From Halobacteriaceae archaeon (GTDB taxonomy: Archaea > Halobacteriota > Halobacteria > Halobacteriales > Halobacteriaceae), in contig JBDGTS010000007.1 in NCBI GenBank assembly GCA_042216675.1, forward strand, positions 1-64,000: a DNA stretch of 64,000 nt. Direction: 5' to 3'. Every line of letters begins with the position of its first letter. Within the stretch, counting starts at the first letter, position 1. A model generated the notes under the pieces. That model was not told the DNA's origin and ran no database searches. It was given only the letters and a program-made list of their open reading frames with translations. Positions 37,201 to 46,154 of the stretch are shown here, piece after piece. The position numbers and the translations under genes were made by a program.

Positions 37201-37998
37201 GAACGTGCCGACGATGCTCTCGCCGAGATACTCGCCCAGTCGCTCGACGTAGGCCTCGTAGTGGTGTTCGATGACGCGGTCCACGGCGTCCCGCGTCGTC
37301 CGGCAGAGGCCCTCTGGCCGGTAACCGATACTCGCCACGTGCCAGTTGCCCTCGGGTGCGGTCCACTCGACGGCGCCGCCCTCGTGGTCGAGTTCGATGG
37401 CGCCCTCGGTGTCGAGGGTGCCGTCGTCGGCGCGGGGGTAGGCCGCCACAGAGAGCGGCGTGAAGTCCTCTCGGGGGTCGAGTTCGGCCGTCTCGCCGCC
37501 GGATACGTCGACGGCTTCCCGGTCGAGGACGTGGCCCTGCAGTTCCGGTCGCTCGTCGATTTCCTCCTCGACGGTGTCCTGCCAGTAGCGCTTCCACGAC
37601 GGCGGACTGTGGTGGTACGTCTCGTCGTGAATCCACAGGTCCATCTCGAGGCGGTCACACTCCGACGCCGCGTGGTCCATCATCTCCCACCACTCCTCGG
37701 AGAAGTAGGACTGGCGGGGTCCCTCCGGCGGCCCTTCGGGGTACTTCATCTCGAAGCAGACGGCCTCGACGCCCTGCTCCGAGAGGGTTTCGAGTTGGTC
37801 GGTGATACGCCCCCTCTCGAGGTCGTCGCCGTCCCACCACCAGAACGGGACGTTACCGAAGTCGGCGTGGGAGGGGTCGCTGAACCCCTCGATTAGCGCC
37901 TCGCGCTCGGTGCCCGCGCCCTCACGGTGGTCCGGTGCGGGCCTGTGGCTGATGGTGTCCTTCTGAATGTCGGGGTCCATCGGGTCCGGTCGTGGCAT
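34222..37998 (-). CDS. Large GH106-like glycoside hydrolase (putative alpha-L-rhamnosidase)
   Basis: PFWWWDGD, YFSEEWWE, LWIHDE, GTFQDE, HGLYYT...PP...QPYW and a C-terminal LDLGDV...SGLRGPV jelly-roll domain. Confidence 0.75.
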   Translation of the reverse strand: MPRPDPMDPDIQKDTISHRPAPDHREGAGTEREALIEGFSDPSHADFGNVPFWWWDGDDLERGRITDQLETLSEQGVEAVCFEMKYPEGPPEGPRQSYFSEEWWEMMDHAASECDRLEMDLWIHDETYHHSPPSWKRYWQDTVEEEIDERPELQGHVLDREAVDVSGGETAELDPREDFTPLSVAAYPRADDGTLDTEGAIELDHEGGAVEWTAPEGNWHVASIGYRPEGLCRTTRDAVDRVIEHHYEAYVERLGEYLGESIVGTFQDELFMLQGTIPCDDRLLARYEADWGEDPTEDLVALFEDCGADTGAIRSRYHDVVTTMLEENWFEPLYEWHERRGLKFAHDNWGREDLTEHHSEYGDYMRTMRWFQEPGYDDGGRFEGIGTRTFFDAKVASSIAENYGRDRVWGELFHTTGWGFPPRLQYAGIAENVCYGLNRFNKHGLYYTTLGGWYEHAPPDTHFRQPYWEHADAFNDAVTRLMYLFSQGDRVVDAAMHYPITTMQAERRAAAHEKKEGPGARYPVEMSDEGEAIDARTREVAEAFYESVSDLLLVDHETIVDGGVVDGDLAVGGGETPVFVLGPATTIRREVVEAAAELVAEGGVVVSVGRLPDETVEGGAGDPALENSLDAIFGDARPPADGDPVVDHESGGAGVVADDVADLDEVLDDFVNRDVKAPDDVFHAHRRVGRQDVYLVLNTRDEARTVEASFRADGRPERWDLESGTAEPIHEFDAEGTHTDLTFDFAPHEFAVVVFDGHADPGVGVTDTDLGGVTAVETDEQGTTVRGLAAESGEYEATAVADGTEVTATASVDVPDPVDVSEDWAFSLEPTLDNTYADFRYPDTEPQIGPEVRAFAYRLEDSDEDGVEEEWYTGPIEGWDNALVDYGAHFWRRADVPADADVRTPDEDDEGWALYEFSLDVGKPGTHPDDHGHNGVVSDDFLVSPAGDGVTHFWSAAVSEDAQTVTCHHGAGIQSLRVDGEPVAVPDEAGSVELDVPEGTVPIHIVVEPDTETHVALEPAPPTAHVMNMDHVPRVRWFFETGALRFEPRPWRDDVAWFAFALPPGTTSFLLPTRGPTRAWVDGVEHATPSGRVELDAPATTATTVVVRTELLDGYNRGAAWETPVPLTVEEGRVDAGDWRELGLDSFSGIAEYRRTVEVPDTDDGDRVVLDLGDVAVTAEVAVDGETVDTVFSRPFEVDVTDAVDPGENEVTVRVANTVANHFATETPTRYVYEGQTASGLRGPVELRVEKEVELRTD

Positions 37999-38000
37999 CG

Positions 38001-39206
38001 TTACTGTCTAGTCCCTGTCGTGGGGTCCTCATAAACGGGCAGGTCCTCGAAGTCGGGAATCTCCACGAGGAACGCGTCGTCGGTGCCCGTCGGGTCCCCG
38101 TCGAACGCGATGGTGGACCCGTCGGGACTCATCCGTGCGTGGGGGTGGGGGCTGTCGGGGTCCCACGCGTGCGTGGCTAGTTTTCGAGGCCCATCGTACT
38201 CGTCCGTTGACTCGTCGTACTCGTACAGAAGGAGGAAGGGCACCTTCGCGTCGTCGCCGTCACAGACGAATCGCTCGCGAGTGTTCGAGTGACAGTGGGT
38301 GCGCCGGACCGGAATCTCCGTCTCTCGCCGGTCGGTGTCGTCCCACTTGATGGTGCCGTGGAAGCAGTTCTCGTTGTTGTTCTCGCCCTGCCAGCCGTGG
38401 TAGCCGACGTGTTCGCCGTCGCGAAGCCAGTACTCGTGGCCGACGGCCTCGTCCTCGTCGACTTCGCGGAGCGGTTCGTTGCGGTCCGTCTCGGTGTTGA
38501 CGATGTGGATGCGGTTGTCCACCTTCCCCCACGGCCCCTCGTGACAGTACGTGAACAGTTCGGGGCGCGTCGGGGAGGCGTTGACGTGAGAGATCCAGTA
38601 CTCCTCCTCGTGGAGCAGTTCCGTCTCGTCCGCGCCCTCGATGTTGGCGGCGAAGATGGCGCAGTGGGGGTACTCCGCGCGGTTCGCCTCGTGGCCCTCG
38701 ACGCCCGTTCGCTCGGAGACGGAGACGAGGAGACGTTCGCCGTCCGCGAGGAGGTCGTCGACGCCGAAACTGTAGTCGTCGTAGCCGTCGGGCTTCTGCA
38801 CGACGGCGCGGAGGTCGAGCGTCGTCACGTCGAGACCGAGGACGTACTCCGCGTCGTACCGGTCGCCGGTGGTGCTGTACGCGAAGTACACTTCGTTCGT
38901 CTCGGGGTTGACGCGGGTACAGCCACCGACGCCGTTCGGGAGGTCGGTGAGGCGGGTCAACTGCCCGGTTTCGAGGTCCGCGGAGTAGAGGTCACGCCCG
39001 CCCTCTCGCTTGCACCGCAGGATGAGGCGCCGGCCGTCGTCGTACCAGCCGTCGGTGGTGAAGTAGAGGTGTCTGTCGTCGCTGTCGGGGTCGGTCGTGA
39101 GGCGGTGGACCGTCGCGCCCGTGTTCGGGTCGGTGTACGTGTTCAGTTCCGAGGGGAGCACTGTGCCGGCGCGGGGTCCCTGCTCGACGTCGAGTTCGTG
39201 AACCAT
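38001..39206 (-). CDS. ogl: Oligogalacturonate lyase-family protein (PL22)
   Basis: YTDPNTGATVHRLT, HLYFT, YCHEGPW, GHEYW and HPH motifs. Confidence 0.85.
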   Translation of the reverse strand: MVHELDVEQGPRAGTVLPSELNTYTDPNTGATVHRLTTDPDSDDRHLYFTTDGWYDDGRRLILRCKREGGRDLYSADLETGQLTRLTDLPNGVGGCTRVNPETNEVYFAYSTTGDRYDAEYVLGLDVTTLDLRAVVQKPDGYDDYSFGVDDLLADGERLLVSVSERTGVEGHEANRAEYPHCAIFAANIEGADETELLHEEEYWISHVNASPTRPELFTYCHEGPWGKVDNRIHIVNTETDRNEPLREVDEDEAVGHEYWLRDGEHVGYHGWQGENNNENCFHGTIKWDDTDRRETEIPVRRTHCHSNTRERFVCDGDDAKVPFLLLYEYDESTDEYDGPRKLATHAWDPDSPHPHARMSPDGSTIAFDGDPTGTDDAFLVEIPDFEDLPVYEDPTTGTRQ

Positions 39207-39269
39207 GGGCCGACTTCACCTGCCTGACGGCAATAAACGCTCACGTAGGGGAAATCCGCGGGGGCTTCG

Positions 39270-40496
39270 TCACGACAGCGTGTAGTCGCCGAGTTCCGGC
39301 AGGTCATCGAAGTCCGGCACGTCCACGAGGTACACGTCGCTCCCATCGCCGTTCATCGTGCTGTCGAAGACGACTGTCTCGTCGTTCGGGCCGACGCGGG
39401 CGTGGGGATGTGCGTCGTCGTCGCCGCTCCAGTCGTGGGTCGCGAGTTTGCGCGGTCCGCGCATCTCTCCATCCCGCTCGGCCCAGACGAGCAGCGACTC
39501 GATGCCGCGGTAGGTGCCGTCGCAGACGACGAGTCCGGTGTCGTTGGCGTGGAAGTGCGTGTACGCGTCCGGCGCGTCGAACTCGTCCGGGTCGCCGCCC
39601 TCGTGGTCGACCACGCCGAAGAACGCCGCCGCGTCGTCCCTGTCGCCGCGCCACCCGTGGTAGCCGACGCGCTCACCGTCCGCCAGCCAGAACTCGTGGC
39701 CCACGGCCTCGTCGGCGTCCGTCTCGCGAACTTTCCACTGCTCGCCGGTGTCGAGGTTCAGCGCCCAGATGCGTTCGTCCACCTCGTCCCACGGCCCCTC
39801 GTGGCAGTACGTGAGGCGGTCCGCGCGCGTCGGGGAGGTGTTGACGTGCCCGAGCCACGTCTGCTCCTCGTGGAGCACTTCGGCCTCGCCCCCCTCGGCG
39901 GGGACGGCGAGGACGAGCGAGTGCGGGTCCGCGTCGTGCATCCGCGCCATCCACGACCCACGGTCCTCGTCGGCGTCCTCGTCGTCGCCGTCGCTCGCGC
40001 GGTTCCCACTGAACGACGGACGCTCGACCGCTCGCTCGACGAGTTGGAAACAGACCGTCTCGCCGTCGGCGGTCACGCCGGGCTTGCCGCTGTCGTAGTC
40101 GGCGTACTCGCCGCCGCGTTCGTACACGGTCCACGCGTCGAGGCCGTCGAGAGCGAGGCCGACGAGGCGGTCTCCACACCAGAAGTACGCCTCGTCCGCG
40201 GCCGGACTCGTCGTCACGCCGTGGACCTCGTCGGACAGGTCGGTGAGTTGCGTGACGAGGTGGCTGTCGAGGTGGACCGAGAACAGTTCGTGGTCGCCGT
40301 GGCGGACGCCCCGGAACAGCAGGCGTCGGCCGTCGTCGTAGCGGCCGTCCTCGGTGAAGTAGAGGTGGCGGTTGTCCGAGCCGGGGTAGTCGGTGAGCCG
40401 ATGCACTGTCGCGCCCGTCTCCGGGTCCTCGTACGCCGTCGCCTCGGCGGGCCAGTGTCGGCCGGCCTTCGGTCCCTGTTGGAGTGGTTCGACCAT
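39270..40496 (-). CDS. ogl: Oligogalacturonate lyase-family protein (PL22), tandem paralogue
   Basis: YEDPETGATVHRLT, HLYFT, WLGHVN, YCHEGPW, GHEFW and HPH motifs; start ATG 40496. Confidence 0.85.
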   Translation of the reverse strand: MVEPLQQGPKAGRHWPAEATAYEDPETGATVHRLTDYPGSDNRHLYFTEDGRYDDGRRLLFRGVRHGDHELFSVHLDSHLVTQLTDLSDEVHGVTTSPAADEAYFWCGDRLVGLALDGLDAWTVYERGGEYADYDSGKPGVTADGETVCFQLVERAVERPSFSGNRASDGDDEDADEDRGSWMARMHDADPHSLVLAVPAEGGEAEVLHEEQTWLGHVNTSPTRADRLTYCHEGPWDEVDERIWALNLDTGEQWKVRETDADEAVGHEFWLADGERVGYHGWRGDRDDAAAFFGVVDHEGGDPDEFDAPDAYTHFHANDTGLVVCDGTYRGIESLLVWAERDGEMRGPRKLATHDWSGDDDAHPHARVGPNDETVVFDSTMNGDGSDVYLVDVPDFDDLPELGDYTLS

Positions 40497-40597
40497 CGTC
40501 CCCACTCTGGACCCCCCTGATTTAAGTCTCCTGCCCGTCGTCGAAAATATCGAGCGGTGTGTGTTCCGATATTCGACACATAGGAAACGCGGATGAT

Positions 40598-40612
40598 GGA
40601 AAATTATATATG
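40598..40612 (+). promoter_or_regulatory. BRE/TATA promoter of the solute-binding protein gene
   Basis: GGAAAATTATATAT about 28-40 bp upstream of ATG 40639. Confidence 0.65.
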
Positions 40613-40638
40613 TGGCTGTGTCAATTGTCGTCACACAC

Positions 40639-42798
40639 ATGGCGAATGATGGCAGCAGTGATCAAGACACGTTAGAGATCGACCTGAGCGTGCCCTCCGA
40701 TCGGCGGAAGTTCCTCAGTGCGATGGGAGTCGCCGGGGCAGCAGGCCTCGCCGGCTGTAGTGGTGGCGGCGGCGGCGGCGACGGTGACGGCACCGCTACC
40801 GAGACGCCGACGCCGACCAGCGGCCAAGACACCACCAGCGGCGACGGCACCACCGGCGGCGACCAGACGACAACCCAGCAGGGCGCCCCGATGACGGAGC
40901 GCACGCTCTCGACGTTCGTCGGCTCCACCACCGCGGACAGCCCCGAACCGAAGGCACTGACCGAGTGGGGCTGGGCGCCGTCGAACTACCGGTCCCAGTT
41001 CCCGCGGATGATGTACCCCTTCCTGTTCGGTCGGAAGGTGTCGTCCATCGAGGCGACTGGCGAGCGCATCCCGATGCTCATCCAGGAGTGGGAGGGCAAC
41101 GCCAACGAGATTCACTACAAGATCCACGAGGACGCCAAGTGGTCCGACGGCTCGGACATCACCGCGGAGGACATGCTCGGCACCGGCATGGTCGGGCACA
41201 AGATCGGCTACGACAAGCCGGCCTCGGAACGTGACGAGTACAACACGCTCGGGCAGGCCATCACCGGCTTCCGCGCCGAGGGCAAGGACTACTACATCGA
41301 GAGCGAAGTCGGTGCCTTCGACAACTTCTGGCTGGACTTCAACGTGTGGGACATCATCGCCCACGCCGGCTCTGCCGAGTTCACCACGCAGGGCGAATTC
41401 GGCCAGTGGCTCGCCGACCAAGTCAAGGACAAGTACGACGACCTGTGGGGCAACAAGAAAGCGGGCAGCTACATGTCCAAGCTCGCGAACCAGCCGATCT
41501 CGAAGAACGAATACTGGCCCGATGACCCGACGAAACTGCCGTACTCGGGCGCCTTCAAGCTCGACCAGGTCCTCGAGGCCAAGGCCATTCTCACGAAGAA
41601 CGAGAACTGGCTGCACTCCGACTCCATCAACTGGCCCGACGTGAAGCTCATCGTCCAGAACAACACGCAGGCGCAGAACGCCCTGCTGCAGAACAACGAA
41701 GTCGAGATGGTCCCGATGCACGGTGCGTCGGAGTCCATCATCGACTCGTTCCCGGACAACATGCAGCAATTCCCCTACGCTGCGGGTGACTCCACGAACA
41801 TCCTGGCGCAGGGCCAGCACCCCCACTTCGGGAAGCCGCCGGTGCGGAAGGCGCTCCTGCAGGCGGTCGACACGCAGCAGCTCCTGAACATCGCGAACTC
41901 CTACACGACGGCGAAGATCTCCGAGCCGCCGGGACTTCACGCCCAGCAGGAGGAGCGCTTCGTCAGCCAGGAGTTCCAGGACCAGTTCACGGAGTACCCC
42001 TACGACCCCAAGGCCGCCGCAGAGTGGATGCGCAGTGCGGGCTACACGAAGGACGGCACCAACTGGATGACGCCGGAGGGCGAACGGCTCACGGCGGAGC
42101 TCATCACTGCCGACGACAACATCCAGCTCGAGGCCACCCTCGTGTCCCAGCTGAACTCCTTCGGCATCGACACGAGCCTCACCAAGGTCACCAGCACGCA
42201 GTTCGGCAGCCGTCTCGACAACGGCAACTTCGAACTCGCCATCGAGAACTGGTTCACGGGGTACCCCGTCTGGAGTGCCGCGATTCTGGGTATCTTCTAC
42301 CGTGCGTTCCAGCAGTCGGTGCGCCGGAAGAAGTGGGGCATGTTCCCCGAGGACAAGACGATGGCCTTCGTGGACCGCCACGACGAGGTCGTCAACAAGG
42401 AGTACTCGTGGACGAACAACGTCGAGGGCATCTGGCCGAACCCGTCCCTCGTCAACCCCGAGAAGCAGGACAAGTGGGTTCCCCACATCAAGGCGCCGCC
42501 GGTCGGAAAGCCGAACTCCGACAAGGAGGTCGTCTACCCCGTCGTCTACTGGGGCATCCTCTGGCAGCAGAACATCAGCCGGGAGAAGCGCAAGGAGATC
42601 ATCAAGGGCGTGACGTGGGTGTACAACCAGACGCTGATGCCGTACATCCCGATCCTGGAGTCGAACCAGCTCGCGTTCCAGGACGTCGAGGACTGGAACG
42701 TCCCCAAGAAGGGCAACAAGTACTGGGACCAGTGGAACCCCCAGCACAAGCTCATCGAGCAGCCGCAGAACACCTACCAGGCTGTCCCCAAGAAGTAA
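40639..42798 (+). CDS. ABC transporter substrate-binding lipoprotein (family 5), probably oligosaccharide-binding
   Basis: Tat lipobox DRRKFL...LAGC, Gly/Thr linker, AKWSDGSDITAED, VRKAL..AVD and YPYDPKAA...AGY. Confidence 0.88.
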   Translation: MANDGSSDQDTLEIDLSVPSDRRKFLSAMGVAGAAGLAGCSGGGGGGDGDGTATETPTPTSGQDTTSGDGTTGGDQTTTQQGAPMTERTLSTFVGSTTADSPEPKALTEWGWAPSNYRSQFPRMMYPFLFGRKVSSIEATGERIPMLIQEWEGNANEIHYKIHEDAKWSDGSDITAEDMLGTGMVGHKIGYDKPASERDEYNTLGQAITGFRAEGKDYYIESEVGAFDNFWLDFNVWDIIAHAGSAEFTTQGEFGQWLADQVKDKYDDLWGNKKAGSYMSKLANQPISKNEYWPDDPTKLPYSGAFKLDQVLEAKAILTKNENWLHSDSINWPDVKLIVQNNTQAQNALLQNNEVEMVPMHGASESIIDSFPDNMQQFPYAAGDSTNILAQGQHPHFGKPPVRKALLQAVDTQQLLNIANSYTTAKISEPPGLHAQQEERFVSQEFQDQFTEYPYDPKAAAEWMRSAGYTKDGTNWMTPEGERLTAELITADDNIQLEATLVSQLNSFGIDTSLTKVTSTQFGSRLDNGNFELAIENWFTGYPVWSAAILGIFYRAFQQSVRRKKWGMFPEDKTMAFVDRHDEVVNKEYSWTNNVEGIWPNPSLVNPEKQDKWVPHIKAPPVGKPNSDKEVVYPVVYWGILWQQNISREKRKEIIKGVTWVYNQTLMPYIPILESNQLAFQDVEDWNVPKKGNKYWDQWNPQHKLIEQPQNTYQAVPKK

Positions 42799-42820
42799 CG
42801 CACTCCTGATCGACGGTCGG

Positions 42821-42832
42821 TTTTTCTTTTTT
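42821..42832 (+). terminator. Oligo-T archaeal terminator
   Basis: TTTTTCTTTTTT 23 bp after the stop codon of the binding-protein gene. Confidence 0.7.
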
Positions 42833-42920
42833 CGCGACGCGTAGCGACGCGTCTACTCATCGTCGGCGTGAACGGAGTCGGGCGACGCGGAGAGCGGTCA
42901 GTGTGGCGTCCGAGCGGCCG

Positions 42921-43949
42921 CTACTCCGGCGGCGACTCGATGGGGAGACAGACGTTGAAGACGGCCTCCGGGTCGGCCGTGTGGCTGGGGAGTTCGGCGA
43001 GACTCTCCGCCTCGGCCCGGGCCTGCGCGCCCGGTTCCAGCACCGCGAGGTAGAGGTGGGTCGGAATCCCGTCTTCGACGAGGACCTGCGCTCGCTCGAC
43101 GTTCGGATAGCGCGTCTCCGTGCCGTCGTCCCACTCGATGACGAGGTCGCGGTCCCCCTCGACGCGGTGGGGGTACGCGTGGGGCGGGTCGCTCACCGTC
43201 CAGTCGAGGCCGTCGGGCGACGTGGCGTGAATGCCAGCGTAGCTCTCGGCGTAGCCCTCGTGGTCGTCGACGTGAATGTGCATGTCCTTCGCCACCATGT
43301 GGAACTCGCCGTCGGGCGCCCGCCAGACGTAGTGGTCCTCGACGGGGCGGAACACGTTCTCGGCCAGCATCTCGTACTCGCCGGCGTAGTGGTCGGCCTC
43401 CCAGACGCTCACTTCGTAACTCCCGTCGCGGGTGTAGAGCAGGACGCTCCCGTCGTCGCGAACGACCGGAACGGGGTTCGTGCCCCCCGAAATCTGGCCG
43501 TGCATCTCCCACGGGCCGGCCACTGAGTCGGCGGTGGCGAGGCCGACGGCACAGTCCGTTCGGGGCTGTGGCTCCGGGCGGTTCGGCGTCGGCCGCGCCC
43601 CCTCGAAGTTACACCCGTAGTAGTAGAGCAGATAGGTCCCGTCCGGCGCGCGGACGATAGAGGGATTATGCGACATCCGGTCCCACGCTCCCTCCGACCC
43701 CGGCGGAACCACGATGTCTCGGAACTCGAAGGGCCCCTTCGGCGTCGGTGCCGTTCCGCGGATGACGTGGGAGTTCGTCGTCCAACAGCCAAAGGAGACG
43801 TCGGCCGACCACCCCGAGGCGAAGGCGTGATAGTCGCCGTCCTCGCCCTCGACGACGGAGGTGCCCCAGATGACCCAGTCGTCTTTCCGGAAGCCGCCCT
43901 CTTTTGGCGCTGGTCCCAGTCCGTCGGCGAAACTGCGGTGTTCGTGCAT
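42921..43949 (-). CDS. Five-bladed beta-propeller glycoside hydrolase-like protein (clan GH-F/J-like)
   Basis: WGTSVV...YHAFASGW, PKGPFEF, HNPSI, AGPW, NP, EDHYVW, DGLDW and ERAQV motifs. Confidence 0.75.
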   Translation of the reverse strand: MHEHRSFADGLGPAPKEGGFRKDDWVIWGTSVVEGEDGDYHAFASGWSADVSFGCWTTNSHVIRGTAPTPKGPFEFRDIVVPPGSEGAWDRMSHNPSIVRAPDGTYLLYYYGCNFEGARPTPNRPEPQPRTDCAVGLATADSVAGPWEMHGQISGGTNPVPVVRDDGSVLLYTRDGSYEVSVWEADHYAGEYEMLAENVFRPVEDHYVWRAPDGEFHMVAKDMHIHVDDHEGYAESYAGIHATSPDGLDWTVSDPPHAYPHRVEGDRDLVIEWDDGTETRYPNVERAQVLVEDGIPTHLYLAVLEPGAQARAEAESLAELPSHTADPEAVFNVCLPIESPPE

Positions 43950-44116
43950 CAGTAGATTTTGTGTGACAACGTCGCATAACCCTGCTGGAGGGTGGGCCGG
44001 CTTGCCGCCGCTTTCGGTCCGCGACGCGGGATTCGCCCGACGGGCCGTCGCGGTCCGCGGATGGGTCACGTTCACACTCCGAAAGACCCTTGCCCCGGCC
44101 CCGAGTCCTCGCACTC

Positions 44117-46105
44117 GTGACGATTGGCACCTGCTACTTCCCCGAGCACTGGCCCCGCGAGCGCTGGGAAACCGACGTGAAGGAGATGGCCGACGCGGGC
44201 ATCGAGTACGTCCGCATGGCCGAGTTCTCGTGGGCGGAGATCGAACCGTCCCGCGGCGAGTTCGACTTCGAGTGGCTAGAGGACGCCGTCGAACTCATCG
44301 GCGACCACGGCATGCAGGCCGTCCTCTGCACGCCGACGGCGACGCCGCCGAAGTGGCTCGTCGACGAACACCCGGACATCAGGCAGGAGGACCCCGACGG
44401 CACCGTGATGGACTGGGGAAGCCGACGCCACTACTGCTTCAACTCGCCGACGTTCCGCGCGGAGACCGAACGCATCGTAACCGTCATGGCCGAGCGCTTC
44501 ACCGACAATCCCCACGTCGCCGGCTGGCAGACGGACAACGAGTACGGCTGTCACGGCACGGCTCACTGCTACTGCGACGACTGCGCGGCCGCCTTCAGGG
44601 AGTGGCTTCGGGAGCGCTACGGCGACGCCGAGACGCTGAACGAGCGCTGGGGAACCAGCTTCTGGTCCCAGCGCTACGACAGCATCGACCAACTCGACGT
44701 GCCGCGCCCGACGCCGTACAACCACCATCCCTCGCATCTGCTCGACTACAACCGCTTCAGCAGCGACAGCGTCGTCGACTACAACCGCCTGCAGGCGGAC
44801 CTGCTCCGCGACGTGAACGACGACTGGTTCGTCACGCACAACTTCATGTCGGAGTTCGGCGGCGTCGACGTGAACGAGATGCGGGACGACCTCGACTTCT
44901 CGGCGTGGGACTCGTACCCCACCGGCCACGTGCAGGAGGCCGACCGCGACCTGCGCGACGCGGAGTTCCGCGTCGGCAACCCCGACCAACTCGGCCTGAA
45001 CCACGACCTGTACCGCGCGCCGGACGCCCCCCACTGGATCATGGAGCAACAGCCCGGCGACGTGAACTGGCCGCCCCACAGCCCCCAACCCGGCGAGGGC
45101 GCGATGCGCCTCTGGGCGCACTGGGCCGTCGCGCACGGCGCCGACGAGGTCCTCTACTTCCGCTGGCGGCGCTGCCGCGAGGGGCAAGAGCAGTACCACG
45201 CCGGCCTCCGGAAGCAGGACGGCACTCCGGACCGGGGCTACCACGACGCCGCGGAGACGAGCGCCGACCTCGATGCCCTCGCCCTCGACCCCGTGGAGGC
45301 CGACGTGGCAATCCTCCACGACTTCGAGAACATGTGGGCGCTCGGCCCGGACCGTCACTCCCCCGATTTCTCCTACTGGGCGCACCTCAAGGCGTACTAC
45401 CGCGCGCTCCGCGCCCGGGGCGCGACGGTGACCATCACCCACCCCTCGGCGGACTTGGACCGGTACGACGCCGTCGTCGGCAACAATCTCTATCTCGCCG
45501 ACGACGAACTCGCGGCCCACCTCGACGACTACGTGTCGGGTGGCGGCGACCTGCTGTTGACGATGCGCGCCGGCGTGAAGGACCGCGCGAACAAGCTCCA
45601 CGAGGACCTGACGCCCGGCCCCCTCGCGAATCTCGTCGGCGCGCGCGTGGACCAACACGAGAGCGTCCCCGCGCAGATGGAGACCCGCGCCACCTACGAC
45701 GGTGAGACGCACGCCTACCGGACGTGGGCGGAGTGGCTCGACCCCGACGCCGCGGCTGTCGTCGGCCGCCACGAGACGGGCGTCGCCGCGGGCGAACCAG
45801 CAATCACCCGCAACGAGGTGGACGACGGTTCAGTCACGTACGTCGGCCTGTGGCCCGAGGCGGACCTCGCGGACCGCCTCGTCACGGACCTCCTGCACCG
45901 CGCGGACGTGCCGACGACGGACCGACTGCCCGAGGGCGTCCGCTTCGCGGAACGCGACGGTCTGACGTGGGTCGGCAACTTCACCGAGGGCGCGGTCAGC
46001 GTGGACGCGCCCGCCGACGCCGAGTACGTCGTCGGCGACGAGACGGTGCCCTCCTTCGACGTCAGCGTGGTCAGGGCCGCCCCCCACGAACTGTCCGTCG
46101 ACTGA
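44117..46105 (+). CDS. bgaH: Beta-galactosidase (GH42)
   Basis: [49 protein letters not shown] and GQEQYH. The GTG start matches the N-terminus of haloarchaeal BgaH. Confidence 0.93.
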   Translation: MTIGTCYFPEHWPRERWETDVKEMADAGIEYVRMAEFSWAEIEPSRGEFDFEWLEDAVELIGDHGMQAVLCTPTATPPKWLVDEHPDIRQEDPDGTVMDWGSRRHYCFNSPTFRAETERIVTVMAERFTDNPHVAGWQTDNEYGCHGTAHCYCDDCAAAFREWLRERYGDAETLNERWGTSFWSQRYDSIDQLDVPRPTPYNHHPSHLLDYNRFSSDSVVDYNRLQADLLRDVNDDWFVTHNFMSEFGGVDVNEMRDDLDFSAWDSYPTGHVQEADRDLRDAEFRVGNPDQLGLNHDLYRAPDAPHWIMEQQPGDVNWPPHSPQPGEGAMRLWAHWAVAHGADEVLYFRWRRCREGQEQYHAGLRKQDGTPDRGYHDAAETSADLDALALDPVEADVAILHDFENMWALGPDRHSPDFSYWAHLKAYYRALRARGATVTITHPSADLDRYDAVVGNNLYLADDELAAHLDDYVSGGGDLLLTMRAGVKDRANKLHEDLTPGPLANLVGARVDQHESVPAQMETRATYDGETHAYRTWAEWLDPDAAAVVGRHETGVAAGEPAITRNEVDDGSVTYVGLWPEADLADRLVTDLLHRADVPTTDRLPEGVRFAERDGLTWVGNFTEGAVSVDAPADAEYVVGDETVPSFDVSVVRAAPHELSVD

Positions 46106-46154
46106 CGACGCGAACTCTTTAGTCCCGGCGGCCGTTTGTCCGGCTATCCGACGC

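Noticed and set aside
40760-40880. GGC/ACC-rich repetitive tract
   Set aside because: It encodes the ordinary Gly/Thr linker of a haloarchaeal lipoprotein.
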